The notes beneath the pieces are model-generated. The model saw only the letters and a program-made list of their open reading frames with translations. It searched no databases and had not been told where the DNA came from. The position numbers and the translations under genes were made by a program. Below are positions 17,310 to 24,701 of a DNA stretch of 37,143 nt, piece after piece (position 1 is the first letter of the stretch; each line of letters opens with the position of its first letter). This DNA is from an uncultured Chloroflexota bacterium (lineage in GTDB: Bacteria > Chloroflexota > Limnocylindria > P2-11E). The stretch covers positions 1 through 37,143 of the forward strand of contig CAZMLV010000004.1 of the NCBI GenBank assembly GCA_964567235.1, read 5' to 3'.

Positions 17310-17606
17310 ATGACCTCCGGCTCGCTCACCGATCTCGACCCCGCGCCGTCCCCCGAGCGGCGGTGGCCCTTCTATCTCGCCTGGACGGTGGGCAGCTTCG
17401 CGGTCGGCGCGGTGCTGTTCACGCACCTGCCGGCTTCGGTGTTCCCGCCGTCGGCGCCGGTCGCGGCCCCGGAGGCACCCGCACCGATCGTCACGACGGC
17501 ACCCGCACCCTTCGCCACTGCGGCACCCGCACCGGTCCGCGTCCTCATCCCGGTCGCGCCGGCGCCGCTGCGAGCCCCCGCGGTCCCAGCTCGTACCCGC
17601 CGCTGA
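17310..17606 (+). CDS. small membrane protein with Pro/Ala-rich repeat tail
   Basis: 98 aa with one TM helix (FYLAWTVGSFAVGAVLFTHL) followed by APAPIVTT/APAPFATA/APAPVRVL octapeptide repeats. No family recognised. Confidence 0.45.
   Translation: MTSGSLTDLDPAPSPERRWPFYLAWTVGSFAVGAVLFTHLPASVFPPSAPVAAPEAPAPIVTTAPAPFATAAPAPVRVLIPVAPAPLRAPAVPARTRR
17474..17545 (+). repeat. 3 x 24-bp imperfect tandem repeat inside the 17310..17606 ORF
   Basis: The 12-mer GGCACCCGCACC recurs at 17474, 17498 and 17522, exactly 24 nt apart. Confidence 0.8.
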
Positions 17607-17619
17607 GCGCACCGCTCGG

Positions 17620-18531
17620 TCAGGCCGCGGCGGGCGCCGGCCGCACCGGCGCGGCCGGGCGTCGCGCGGCGATGCGCACGCCGAGCACGATCACCGCGCC
17701 GCCCGCCAGCTGCAGCGGAAGTGGACGCTCCGCGAGGATGACAGACGCGAGGATGAGGCTCGAGACCGGGGTCAGGTAGGCGACCATCGCCGCGAGGCTC
17801 GCGCCGAATCGGTGCACCGCCCAGAAGAACAGGACGAACGCGAGCGCCGTGGAGGCCACCCCCAGGGATGCCGCGGCGATCCACGTTTCCGCAGGCCACG
17901 ACGGCAGGTCGCGATACCCCTGCGCGAGCAGCCCGAGCGGTGCGATGAGGGCGGTGCCCAGCACGACCATCAGGGTGACGTATCCGAGCACGCTCTCGGT
18001 GCGGAGGACGACCGCGCCGATCGTGAGGCTCGCCGCCCAACCTGCCGCCGCGCCGAGCTCCATGAGGTCACCGCGCAGCCGAAGCGACGATGCGTCGGCG
18101 CCGGCCTGCTGCCCGCCGACGATCACGAGCGCGGCCCCGATGCTGGCGATCGCGAACCCCAACAGCTTGATCCGCGTGATCCGCTCGTGGATCAGCGTGG
18201 CGAACAGCGCGGTCGCCAGTGGGATGACGGTCGGGATGATCAGCGCGCTGTCGGACGCGGGCGTGTAGCTCAGGCCGACGAACGCGAGGGTATTGAAGCC
18301 GAGGACGCCACACGCGGCCGCCGCCAGGATCGGGCGCCAGCTGCGCAGCGGGATCGACGTCCGGGTGATCGCGCATGCCGCGAGCAGCACGACGCTCGCG
18401 ATCGCGAAACGCATGGTCGAGAGCTCGAGTGCCGGGACGGCGGTGACGCCGAGCTTCGCGGCGATCCACTGTCCGCCGAGTGCGAGCGACAGCGTCGCGT
18501 AGATCGCGACGACGGTCCACGTGCGGCTCAT
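17620..18531 (-). CDS. DMT-superfamily (EamA-type) transporter
   Basis: 303 aa with about 10 TM helices and a two-EamA-repeat layout (LSLALGGQWIAAKLGV..., ...LAERPLPLQLAGGAVIVLGV). Confidence 0.88.
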   Translation of the reverse strand: MSRTWTVVAIYATLSLALGGQWIAAKLGVTAVPALELSTMRFAIASVVLLAACAITRTSIPLRSWRPILAAAACGVLGFNTLAFVGLSYTPASDSALIIPTVIPLATALFATLIHERITRIKLLGFAIASIGAALVIVGGQQAGADASSLRLRGDLMELGAAAGWAASLTIGAVVLRTESVLGYVTLMVVLGTALIAPLGLLAQGYRDLPSWPAETWIAAASLGVASTALAFVLFFWAVHRFGASLAAMVAYLTPVSSLILASVILAERPLPLQLAGGAVIVLGVRIAARRPAAPVRPAPAAA

Positions 18532-18555
18532 GCGCGGGATGCTACTGAGCGGCGT

Positions 18556-18801
18556 CTACGCCGCGGCGAAGTAGGTCGTCGTGCAGCAGACCCCGCACCA
18601 GCCGGCGACGAGCTCGCCGATGGCCGAGCGCCTCCCGAGCGTGGTGAATCGGCGGACGAACGCGTGGCACGCGGCGCACTCGGCATGGCCGGCGAAGAGG
18701 GTGGTGCGCGCGACGGTGACGTTCCCAGCGGGAACGACCGGCCACAGCGTGTGGCGGGAACCAAGCGGAACGGTCGTGGTGGTCGGATCGACGGTGATCA
18801 C
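18556..18801 (-). CDS. small cysteine-rich protein (CxxCH ... CxxCC), function unknown
   Basis: 81 aa: VITVDPTTTTVPLGSRHTLWPVVPAGNVTVARTTLFAGHAECAACHAFVRRFTTLGRRSAIGELVAGWCGVCCTTTYFAAA. Perfect SD GGAGGA (18808-18813) lies 6 nt before GTG 18801. Third positions are almost uniformly G/C. Confidence 0.7.
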   Translation of the reverse strand: MITVDPTTTTVPLGSRHTLWPVVPAGNVTVARTTLFAGHAECAACHAFVRRFTTLGRRSAIGELVAGWCGVCCTTTYFAAA

Positions 18802-18853
18802 CAATGGTCCTCCCCGGGCACGGCGCGACTGATCGGAATTGCCGTACGACCGA

Positions 18854-20176
18854 CTAACGCGCCGGTCGGCCGCTTGAGGGTCTCGTTACCAGACCGTTAG
18901 GAAGTCCGGCCGCCGGTGGTCGGACAACCCCAGGGGTGTCAGCGGGTCCCTTGAGCCAGATCGACGCATACATGGGCTGCACCGTTGCTCCGACCGCGCG
19001 GATGAGCTCGGCCCGCAATGCATCGAGGTCGACCTCGTCCCGTAACCGAACAGCGAACGTGTCGAGCGTCCGCACCGTGTCGTACCGCTGCCGGTAGAAC
19101 CGGCGATCGACGGACGACTGGATCCGTCGGCGCAACGGCTGGAAGAGCACGACGACGGCCAGCGTCGAGATCGCCACAGCGAGGCCGTTGCCGGCCGTCA
19201 CCGGAGAGACGACGAGCTGGACGAGGGCGACCACGGTCACGTACGACACAAACAGCGCGACCGAAAGCACCGCGTAGGTGACGGTGCGGCGGACCAGGAC
19301 GTCGATGTCGTACAACCGATAGCGCAGGATCGCGATCGCGACCGCGATGGGCACGGCCACGGCACCGAAGGCGGCCAACGTTTCGAATGCCTCCCAGCCC
19401 GTCAGCGTCCCGAGCGCGAAGAAGGCCGGGTACAGGACCGCGGCAGAGAAGAAGACCTTGAGCTGCTGCCTCTCGATCGGCGTTCCGCGCCGCATCCGCA
19501 CCAGGAGCGAGGCGGCGGCCAGGACGGTCGCGATGAGGAACAGGGCCAATCCGGGGACCAGCAACGTCCCGGCCCAGGGCGCGTCGACGGCCAGCGGATT
19601 CGTCCCGAGCGGGTCGCCGTCCTCAGCAGGCGAGAACGTGATCGCGACGGCGATCGCGACGGCGCCCACGAGTCCGAGCAACGGCATCGGCCACCAGCGG
19701 GCCGACGGAAGCCGCCCGTCAGGAAAGAACATCGGGACGAACGCCACGACCGGGACGATGACGGGAACCCAGCCCCACGCGTTGAGCGCGCGGACCACCG
19801 CCAGGCCGCCGAACGGCTCGGCTTCGCCGAGGACCTCGCGACGAAGGTACTCGTTCGAGACGGCGCCGATCCCTTCGAATGCGGCGCTGAACAGAAAGAG
19901 CCAGCCGATCGGATTCGTCGGCCGGCGCGCGGCGATGAGGGCTCCGGAGGCCGCGAACGTGACGACCGTGGTCGCCGTGAACGGGTCGACGCCGAACCGG
20001 CCGGCGGGCCCACCGATCTCGACCTGCAGCACCAGGACGGACAGCGTCGTCAGTGTGCAGACTGCTCCGACGGCGTAGGCGAGCGCGGCCCAGCTCGTGG
20101 TTCGCGGCGCCCGGGATCGTACCGCGCGCCAGGCCGTCGTCACGAGCAAAGTGTGCCGGAGGGACCGTCCGCGCAT
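18854..20176 (-). CDS. polytopic membrane protein resembling the sensor module of actinobacterial histidine kinases, without a kinase domain
   Basis: Multiple TM helices followed by ILRYRLYDIDVLVRRT...LFQPLRRRIQSSVDRRFYRQRYD...LRDEVDLDALRAEL. No HisKA/HATPase motifs follow. Start chosen at ATG 20176 (MRGRSLRH); the track ORF extends to 20326. Confidence 0.7.
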   Translation of the reverse strand: MRGRSLRHTLLVTTAWRAVRSRAPRTTSWAALAYAVGAVCTLTTLSVLVLQVEIGGPAGRFGVDPFTATTVVTFAASGALIAARRPTNPIGWLFLFSAAFEGIGAVSNEYLRREVLGEAEPFGGLAVVRALNAWGWVPVIVPVVAFVPMFFPDGRLPSARWWPMPLLGLVGAVAIAVAITFSPAEDGDPLGTNPLAVDAPWAGTLLVPGLALFLIATVLAAASLLVRMRRGTPIERQQLKVFFSAAVLYPAFFALGTLTGWEAFETLAAFGAVAVPIAVAIAILRYRLYDIDVLVRRTVTYAVLSVALFVSYVTVVALVQLVVSPVTAGNGLAVAISTLAVVVLFQPLRRRIQSSVDRRFYRQRYDTVRTLDTFAVRLRDEVDLDALRAELIRAVGATVQPMYASIWLKGPADTPGVVRPPAAGLPNGLVTRPSSGRPAR

Positions 20177-20400
20177 CGTTACCGTGCCACGTCTGCCCGC
20201 GCACCCTCCGGGACCTCGGCCGCTCCGATCTCCAGCCATCCGCGTGAGCACGACTGGCCGCGGCCGGCGGTCTGCGCGCGAGGGACTCGGCGAGTCGATG
20301 GCCGAACCGACCCGCGCGATCAGCAAGTCGGTGTCTTCCGTTGGTCCGGGCCGCCGATCGGGGGATGCGGTGACAGGGTGCAGGCGCGAAGCTCGCCGCC

Positions 20401-20553
20401 ATGAATATCGACCGCTGGCCCGTCAGCGCGCTCCTCGTCGCGGCGCCCGCAATCGCGTTCTTCGGCATGTGGTGGTGGCGCGATCGGCGTCAGAACCGAT
20501 GGGTCCGTGAGGCCGTCGCCCGCCGCCGGCGTCACTCGCAGCGCTGGTCCTGA
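20401..20553 (+). CDS. possible 50-aa single-TM protein (below the ORF-track length cutoff)
   Basis: MNIDRWPVSALLVAAPAIAFFGMWWWRDRRQNRWVREAVARRRRHSQRWS, running ATG 20401 to TGA 20551-20553. Third positions are G/C-rich, but no clear SD is present. Confidence 0.3.
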   Translation: MNIDRWPVSALLVAAPAIAFFGMWWWRDRRQNRWVREAVARRRRHSQRWS

Positions 20554-20760
20554 GCGAGACCGGCATCTGGCGGTCGCGGAAGACCGACCGGGCTCTAGCG
20601 CACCCGACGTGGCGTCTTCGCCGCCCGACGCCGCCAAGCGCGTCCAACACCGTGGCGATGGCCAGAACACCCGCGACGGCTCAGTGCCCTGAGGCGTGGG
20701 CGTCGTTCCATTCGTGCTGCGGGAAGGGCTGCTCGAGCGCGGGGCGTCGAGCTTGTAACG

Positions 20761-21795
20761 TCAGTGCGGCGCGAGCATCGCCTCGAGCGCCGTCCTCAAC
20801 TCGTCCGTTGCGGTGGGGCCTTCAAAGGCGTAGCGGATCACCCCCGTCGCGTCGATGAGGAAGACCCACGGTTCGGTCTGCAGATGCCACTCGAGGACCG
20901 TCGGCGTGAGGCTCATCTTGCTTGGATCTGGCTTGAAGTCGCGGTAGATCTCGACGTGGATGAAGGCAATCCGAGCGTGGTAGGCAGGCTCGAGCTGCTC
21001 GACCGCGTTGACCTCGGGTCCGCACATCGCACTCGTGCAGAATGCGGGCGTGGCGAACACGATGAGAGCGGCGTCGTGCTGCGCGATCACGTCGGCAATC
21101 GACAGCTCGTGCATGTCGTCCGGCGGCAAACCGCTGTCGATGAAGCTGACATCGGATACATCCCGCCGGGTCAGGTTGCGGCTCGGTGGCGCGGGCTGGC
21201 CCGGACCTGGAACCGAACCGGTCGTTCCGACCGTTAGGGGCACGCGGGTGATGCTCTCCGGCCCACCCTTGGGGCGCGCGGCGATCTCGGCGAGCCACGG
21301 TCCCGGTGCCTCGAACGTCAGGTACGCGACGTACACCCCTCGACCCTCGAGACCCTCGCCTTTGAACTCGGCCGGAGCCTCGGTGGCGAGCGGGTCCGTG
21401 GGTGAGCCGCGATAGGCGCGAACGCGCACCTGCGCGTCGTTGACCGGGGTGTTCCTGTCCAGCACGCCGAGGACGACCCGCTGGCGACCGACGAGCAGCT
21501 GTGACGACACGACCACCGACTGCAGCCCCGCGGGACTCTGTCGCGCATTGCCGGCCGGCGGTGCGCCGCCGGATGCGGATGCGCAGGCGCAGACGACGAG
21601 CGCGACCAGCCCCACCGCGGCGATACCCGCCCGCGGACTTGTTCGCGGAGCGCTCCCGGCTCGCACCTGGGTGGTGTATCCGCAGGTCGATCGGCGCGTC
21701 AACGCGCCGTGCGGCGTCGCGAAAGGATCGAGCATCGCGAGGAACACACCCCAGGCGCACCGAAAAACGGTCGCGACCCACGGTTCACGGCTCAT
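20761..21795 (-). CDS. thioredoxin-fold (TlpA/redoxin-like) lipoprotein
   Basis: Signal/lipobox region RAGIAAVGLVALVVCACASASGG. C-terminal thioredoxin-like domain with LIVFATPAFCTSAMCGPEV. The true start may be GTG 21666 or ATG 21735. Confidence 0.7.
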   Translation of the reverse strand: MSREPWVATVFRCAWGVFLAMLDPFATPHGALTRRSTCGYTTQVRAGSAPRTSPRAGIAAVGLVALVVCACASASGGAPPAGNARQSPAGLQSVVVSSQLLVGRQRVVLGVLDRNTPVNDAQVRVRAYRGSPTDPLATEAPAEFKGEGLEGRGVYVAYLTFEAPGPWLAEIAARPKGGPESITRVPLTVGTTGSVPGPGQPAPPSRNLTRRDVSDVSFIDSGLPPDDMHELSIADVIAQHDAALIVFATPAFCTSAMCGPEVNAVEQLEPAYHARIAFIHVEIYRDFKPDPSKMSLTPTVLEWHLQTEPWVFLIDATGVIRYAFEGPTATDELRTALEAMLAPH

Positions 21796-21875
21796 GAACC
21801 CCCCGGCGGGCCTATATCGGCGTCCTTCGGCGAACGGTCGTAGGATGCCGGCGCTAGGAATTGGGGGAGGGGCAC

Positions 21876-22838
21876 ATGCGAACCGTCCTCATCGTCGCGG
21901 TATCGGCAGCGCTCGCACTCACGACGATCCTCACGACGCCGGCCCTCGCCGCAACTCAGACCTGGCACATCCAGGTCGGTTCCGTCCTTGACTTTCCTGC
22001 TGGGCACTTCGGCAACGCGTTCTACCCCTCGCAGATCGCCGCGCACGCCGGCGACACGGTTGCCTTCGACGTGACGAGTCCACACACCGTCACCTTCAAT
22101 CGGCCGGACAACCTGCCGCTGTTCGCGTTCTTCGTCCCCCCCGGGGGAACGACGACGAGCGCGACGTTGAACACGAAGGGTCAGTTCGTGAACACGGGCT
22201 TCGACCCCGTGTCCTTCGCTCCGTACACCTTCACCCTGACGCTCGGGAGCGCGCTCCCGCAAGGACGCTACGAGTTCATCTGCGCCCTGCATCTCGGCAT
22301 GCGCGGCGCGATCGATGTGCTCCCAGCAGCCGCGCCGCTCCGAAAGACCGACGCCGACTACGCCGCCGAGCGGTCAAAGGAGATCGCGCGCGACCTGCTC
22401 ACCGCGAACCACGTCGGCGACAAGGTCGGCGACAAGGCGGCGCAAGCACCGTTGACCGTGTTCGCGGGAGCGGGGACGAAGCGGGTCACCGACCTCCGCT
22501 TCTTCCCGTCGGTGATCACCATCCACGCCGGGCAGTCGATCACGTTCCTCAAGACGCACGACCCGACCGAGCCGCATACGGTCACCTTCGGCACTGAGCC
22601 AGCGAACCCCTTCGCCCCGCTGGGCGGACCACCCTTCTCGTTCACTGGCTCGAATTCGATCAGTACCGGAGCTCTGCTCACCAAGAAGCAGTACGACTTC
22701 TACATCGGCGGCGCCATCGGCGTGCCGGTCGCAGTCGATAAGGCCACGATCACTTTCACGACCCCGGGCACGTACACGTACATCTGCGCGATCCACGACG
22801 ATGTCGGGATGCGCGCGACGGTGACAGTTCTGCCCTAA
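21876..22838 (+). CDS. secreted tandem cupredoxin (two type-1 blue-copper domains)
   Basis: Signal peptide MRTVLIVAVSAALALTTILTTPALA. Two ligand sets are present: SPHTVTF...FICALHLGMRG and EPHTVTF...YICAIHDDVGMRA. A G-rich SD lies at 21863-21871 before ATG 21876. Confidence 0.88.
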   Translation: MRTVLIVAVSAALALTTILTTPALAATQTWHIQVGSVLDFPAGHFGNAFYPSQIAAHAGDTVAFDVTSPHTVTFNRPDNLPLFAFFVPPGGTTTSATLNTKGQFVNTGFDPVSFAPYTFTLTLGSALPQGRYEFICALHLGMRGAIDVLPAAAPLRKTDADYAAERSKEIARDLLTANHVGDKVGDKAAQAPLTVFAGAGTKRVTDLRFFPSVITIHAGQSITFLKTHDPTEPHTVTFGTEPANPFAPLGGPPFSFTGSNSISTGALLTKKQYDFYIGGAIGVPVAVDKATITFTTPGTYTYICAIHDDVGMRATVTVLP

Positions 22839-22863
22839 GACGAGCTTGAGGCGTTGACGTTGA

Positions 22864-22894
22864 GGGGGGCCCGGCCGCCCTGGCCGGGCCCCCC
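22864..22894 (+). terminator. perfect 13-bp GC hairpin after the cupredoxin gene
   Basis: GGGGGGCCCGGCC (22864-22876), loop GCCCT, then GGCCGGGCCCCCC (22882-22894). It starts 26 nt after the TAA at 22836-22838. There is no U-tract. Confidence 0.65.
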
Positions 22895-23173
22895 ATGGCA
22901 TCTTCGGTGCAGGTCGGTGTCGCCTGCATATCCCGTTCGGTTCCCGGCGCACCGATCAGCGCGGAGGGCTCACCGACGCGACTCCGCGCCGGGCGCAGCG
23001 GCCCACGCCGAGCGTCGCTGTGAGAGCGCAGGCGGATTGCAGGCCCCCCGGAGTTCTTGTGCTCAATTCCGCCACCGTCGTTGATACGGATAAGCCGGTA
23101 ACGACCCTGGGGGGCCCGCCTCACTACAGTCCCGGTCTTCGGCGGATGCCGTAGGAAAGAAGAGGGGTGAGGC

Positions 23174-23497
23174 ATGAAGCGAGCACTTGTGGCCATCATC
23201 ACTGCGATCGCTCTTATGGGTGCCGGTACGACCGCGGCTCTAGCCGGTGAAGTGAAGGGACCTCCGGGCATCCCATGCGGCGGTACGACAGGCGTGACGT
23301 GCGTACACCTTACAGATGAGACAGGCGCGCCGACTCACGCCAACTCCGCGTGCGCCTTTAGTGGGCTGAACGACATGGACCCGGCGAGAGGGCAGACCAC
23401 GTCGATCGTGCAGACGGCGGCAGACGCTTTCAAGTTCTACCATCTCGCGCCGGGCGTGCAGGGCACGCTCGGGCTCTGCAGGGGCGGCACGAACTAG
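23174..23497 (+). CDS. small secreted cysteine-containing protein, unknown family
   Basis: 107 aa. Signal peptide MKRALVAIITAIALMGAGTTAALA, with four Cys in the mature part. A purine-rich SD region (GAAAGAAGAGGGGTGAGG) precedes the ATG. The GC content is visibly lower than the surroundings. Confidence 0.65.
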   Translation: MKRALVAIITAIALMGAGTTAALAGEVKGPPGIPCGGTTGVTCVHLTDETGAPTHANSACAFSGLNDMDPARGQTTSIVQTAADAFKFYHLAPGVQGTLGLCRGGTN

Positions 23498-23502
23498 AGA
23501 CT

Positions 23503-23564
23503 GGGGGGCGGGTGACGGCCGGCGTCATCCGCCTTCTCACCGGGGCGGCCGTCGTGCGCCCCCC
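23503..23564 (+). terminator. structured GC-rich element directly after the secreted-protein gene
   Basis: GGGGGGCG (23503-23510) pairs with CGCCCCCC (23557-23564), enclosing shorter internal pairings (TGACG/CGTCA). It starts 6 nt after the TAG at 23495-23497. Confidence 0.4.
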
Positions 23565-23903
23565 GGAGTTGGTCTGCCGCCCGTGCTAATGGTGATCTTC
23601 GGCGCGGCTGCGTCGGCTGATTCAATCCTGAACTTTGCCGCCGAGCCCAACAGGCCAGGGCGATCGCCACTGTCGCGCGACCTGTTCGACCAAAGGTTCG
23701 ACCCATCATCAACGAGCATCCTGAGTGCGGCACGCTAATCGACGCTGGTCGACGACTGGTCCGAGATGTCAGCCGTGCAGAAACGGCGGGTGCTCGACCG
23801 ATCTTCTCGGCCGTCGAGCTCGACCGGGGGAGCCTCGTCTCGGCCACGCCGAAGCCGGGGTGACTCGAGTACATCGAGACCGCGCTCAGTGGTTTACCAC
23901 GGG

Positions 23904-23976
23904 AGGGGCTGGTGGGAATCGAACCCACGACGCCCGCCTTAGGACGGCGGCGCTCTGTCCGCTGAGCTACAGCCCC
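23904..23976 (-). tRNA. tRNA-Arg (anticodon CCT)
   Basis: The reverse complement folds as GGGGCTG-TA-GCTC-AGCGGACA-GAGC-G-CCGCC-GTCCTAA-GGCGG-GCGTC-GTGGG-TTCGATT-CCCAC-CAGCCCC-T. It is 73 nt and CCA is not encoded. The discriminator reads U, which is unusual for tRNA-Arg. Confidence 0.85.
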
Positions 23977-24004
23977 AGAATTGGCAGAGCCCAATTCTGG
24001 GGCT
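23971..24004. repeat. 14-bp perfect inverted repeat overlapping the 5' end of tRNA-Arg
   Basis: AGCCCCAGAATTGG (23971-23984), loop CAGAGC, then CCAATTCTGGGGCT (23991-24004). The left arm includes tRNA nucleotides 1-6. Confidence 0.8.
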
Positions 24005-24032
24005 GCTGACGACGGAGGACCAGGACCACCGG

Positions 24033-24701
24033 ATGCGACTTCTCGCGAGCGGCCGCGACGCCGACGTCTTCGATCTCGGCGATGGGCGCGTCCTGCGCCG
24101 GCACAAGGATGGCCGGCCCGCGACGAAGCAGGCGGACCTGCTCCGCTACGCCGCGGCGCACGGCTATCCGGTGCCCGCGCTGCACGACGCGAGCGGAGCC
24201 GATCTGGTGCTCGAGAAGCTGGACGGACCGGAGATGCAGAGCCTGCTGCGTCCGTGGAACGTCGGGCGCTTCGCGCGGATCCTGGCGGACCTGCACCGCC
24301 GCCTGCACGCGCTGCCGCCGATGCCCGGGCTGCCCACGCGATTCGGCGATCCGCGGTCGCTCCTGCACCTCGACCTGCATCCGCGCAACGTGCTGATGAC
24401 CTCGCGCGGCCCGGTGGTGATCGATTGGGCGAACGCCGCGAACGGACCCGGCGAGGCGGACATTGCGCTCATGTACGTGATCGGGAAGACCTCGACCATC
24501 GAGGGCCCCGGCCTGGAGGCCGTGATCATCCGGTCGCTGCGGGACCGGTTCCTCGACACCTTCGTGGCCGCCGCGGCGGAGCCGGGATTCGCGGCCGTGC
24601 TCCCGGCGGTGACCGAGTGGCGGAAACGCGACGAGAATGTCACGCCGACCGAGCAGGCGGAGCTCGACCGGCTGCTCGCGCGTGTGACACTTGAGCGGTG
24701 A
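24033..24701 (+). CDS. APH-family phosphotransferase (aminoglycoside/choline-kinase-like fold)
   Basis: 222 aa. Brenner/catalytic loop LLHLDLHPRNVLM followed by VVIDWANA. Confidence 0.85.
   Translation: MRLLASGRDADVFDLGDGRVLRRHKDGRPATKQADLLRYAAAHGYPVPALHDASGADLVLEKLDGPEMQSLLRPWNVGRFARILADLHRRLHALPPMPGLPTRFGDPRSLLHLDLHPRNVLMTSRGPVVIDWANAANGPGEADIALMYVIGKTSTIEGPGLEAVIIRSLRDRFLDTFVAAAAEPGFAAVLPAVTEWRKRDENVTPTEQAELDRLLARVTLER

Noticed and set aside
18556-18801. Interpreting the CAACH motif as a c-type cytochrome, or the Cys/Thr-rich tail as a RiPP (thiazole/oxazole or lanthipeptide) precursor
   Set aside because: There is no signal peptide or TM anchor for periplasmic heme attachment. No cyclodehydratase, LanB/C/M, radical-SAM or peptidase gene lies nearby. 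Both ideas are left as low-probability hypotheses within the finding.
23043-23570. 13-nt direct repeat GCCCCCCGGAGTT flanking the small secreted-protein gene, considered as target-site duplication or att sites
   Set aside because: In a GC-skewed 37-kb window, roughly ten chance 13-mer repeats are expected. No terminal inverted repeats or recombinase accompany it. It is kept only as a supporting detail of the islet finding.
23494-23994. 166-aa minus ORF and 94-aa plus ORF (23725..24009) in the spacer next to tRNA-Arg; also looked for integrase or transposase remnants
   Set aside because: Both ORFs run through the tRNA gene, have no motif and have poor codon bias. Translating all six frames of 23570-23900 by eye gave nothing resembling a tyrosine or serine recombinase.
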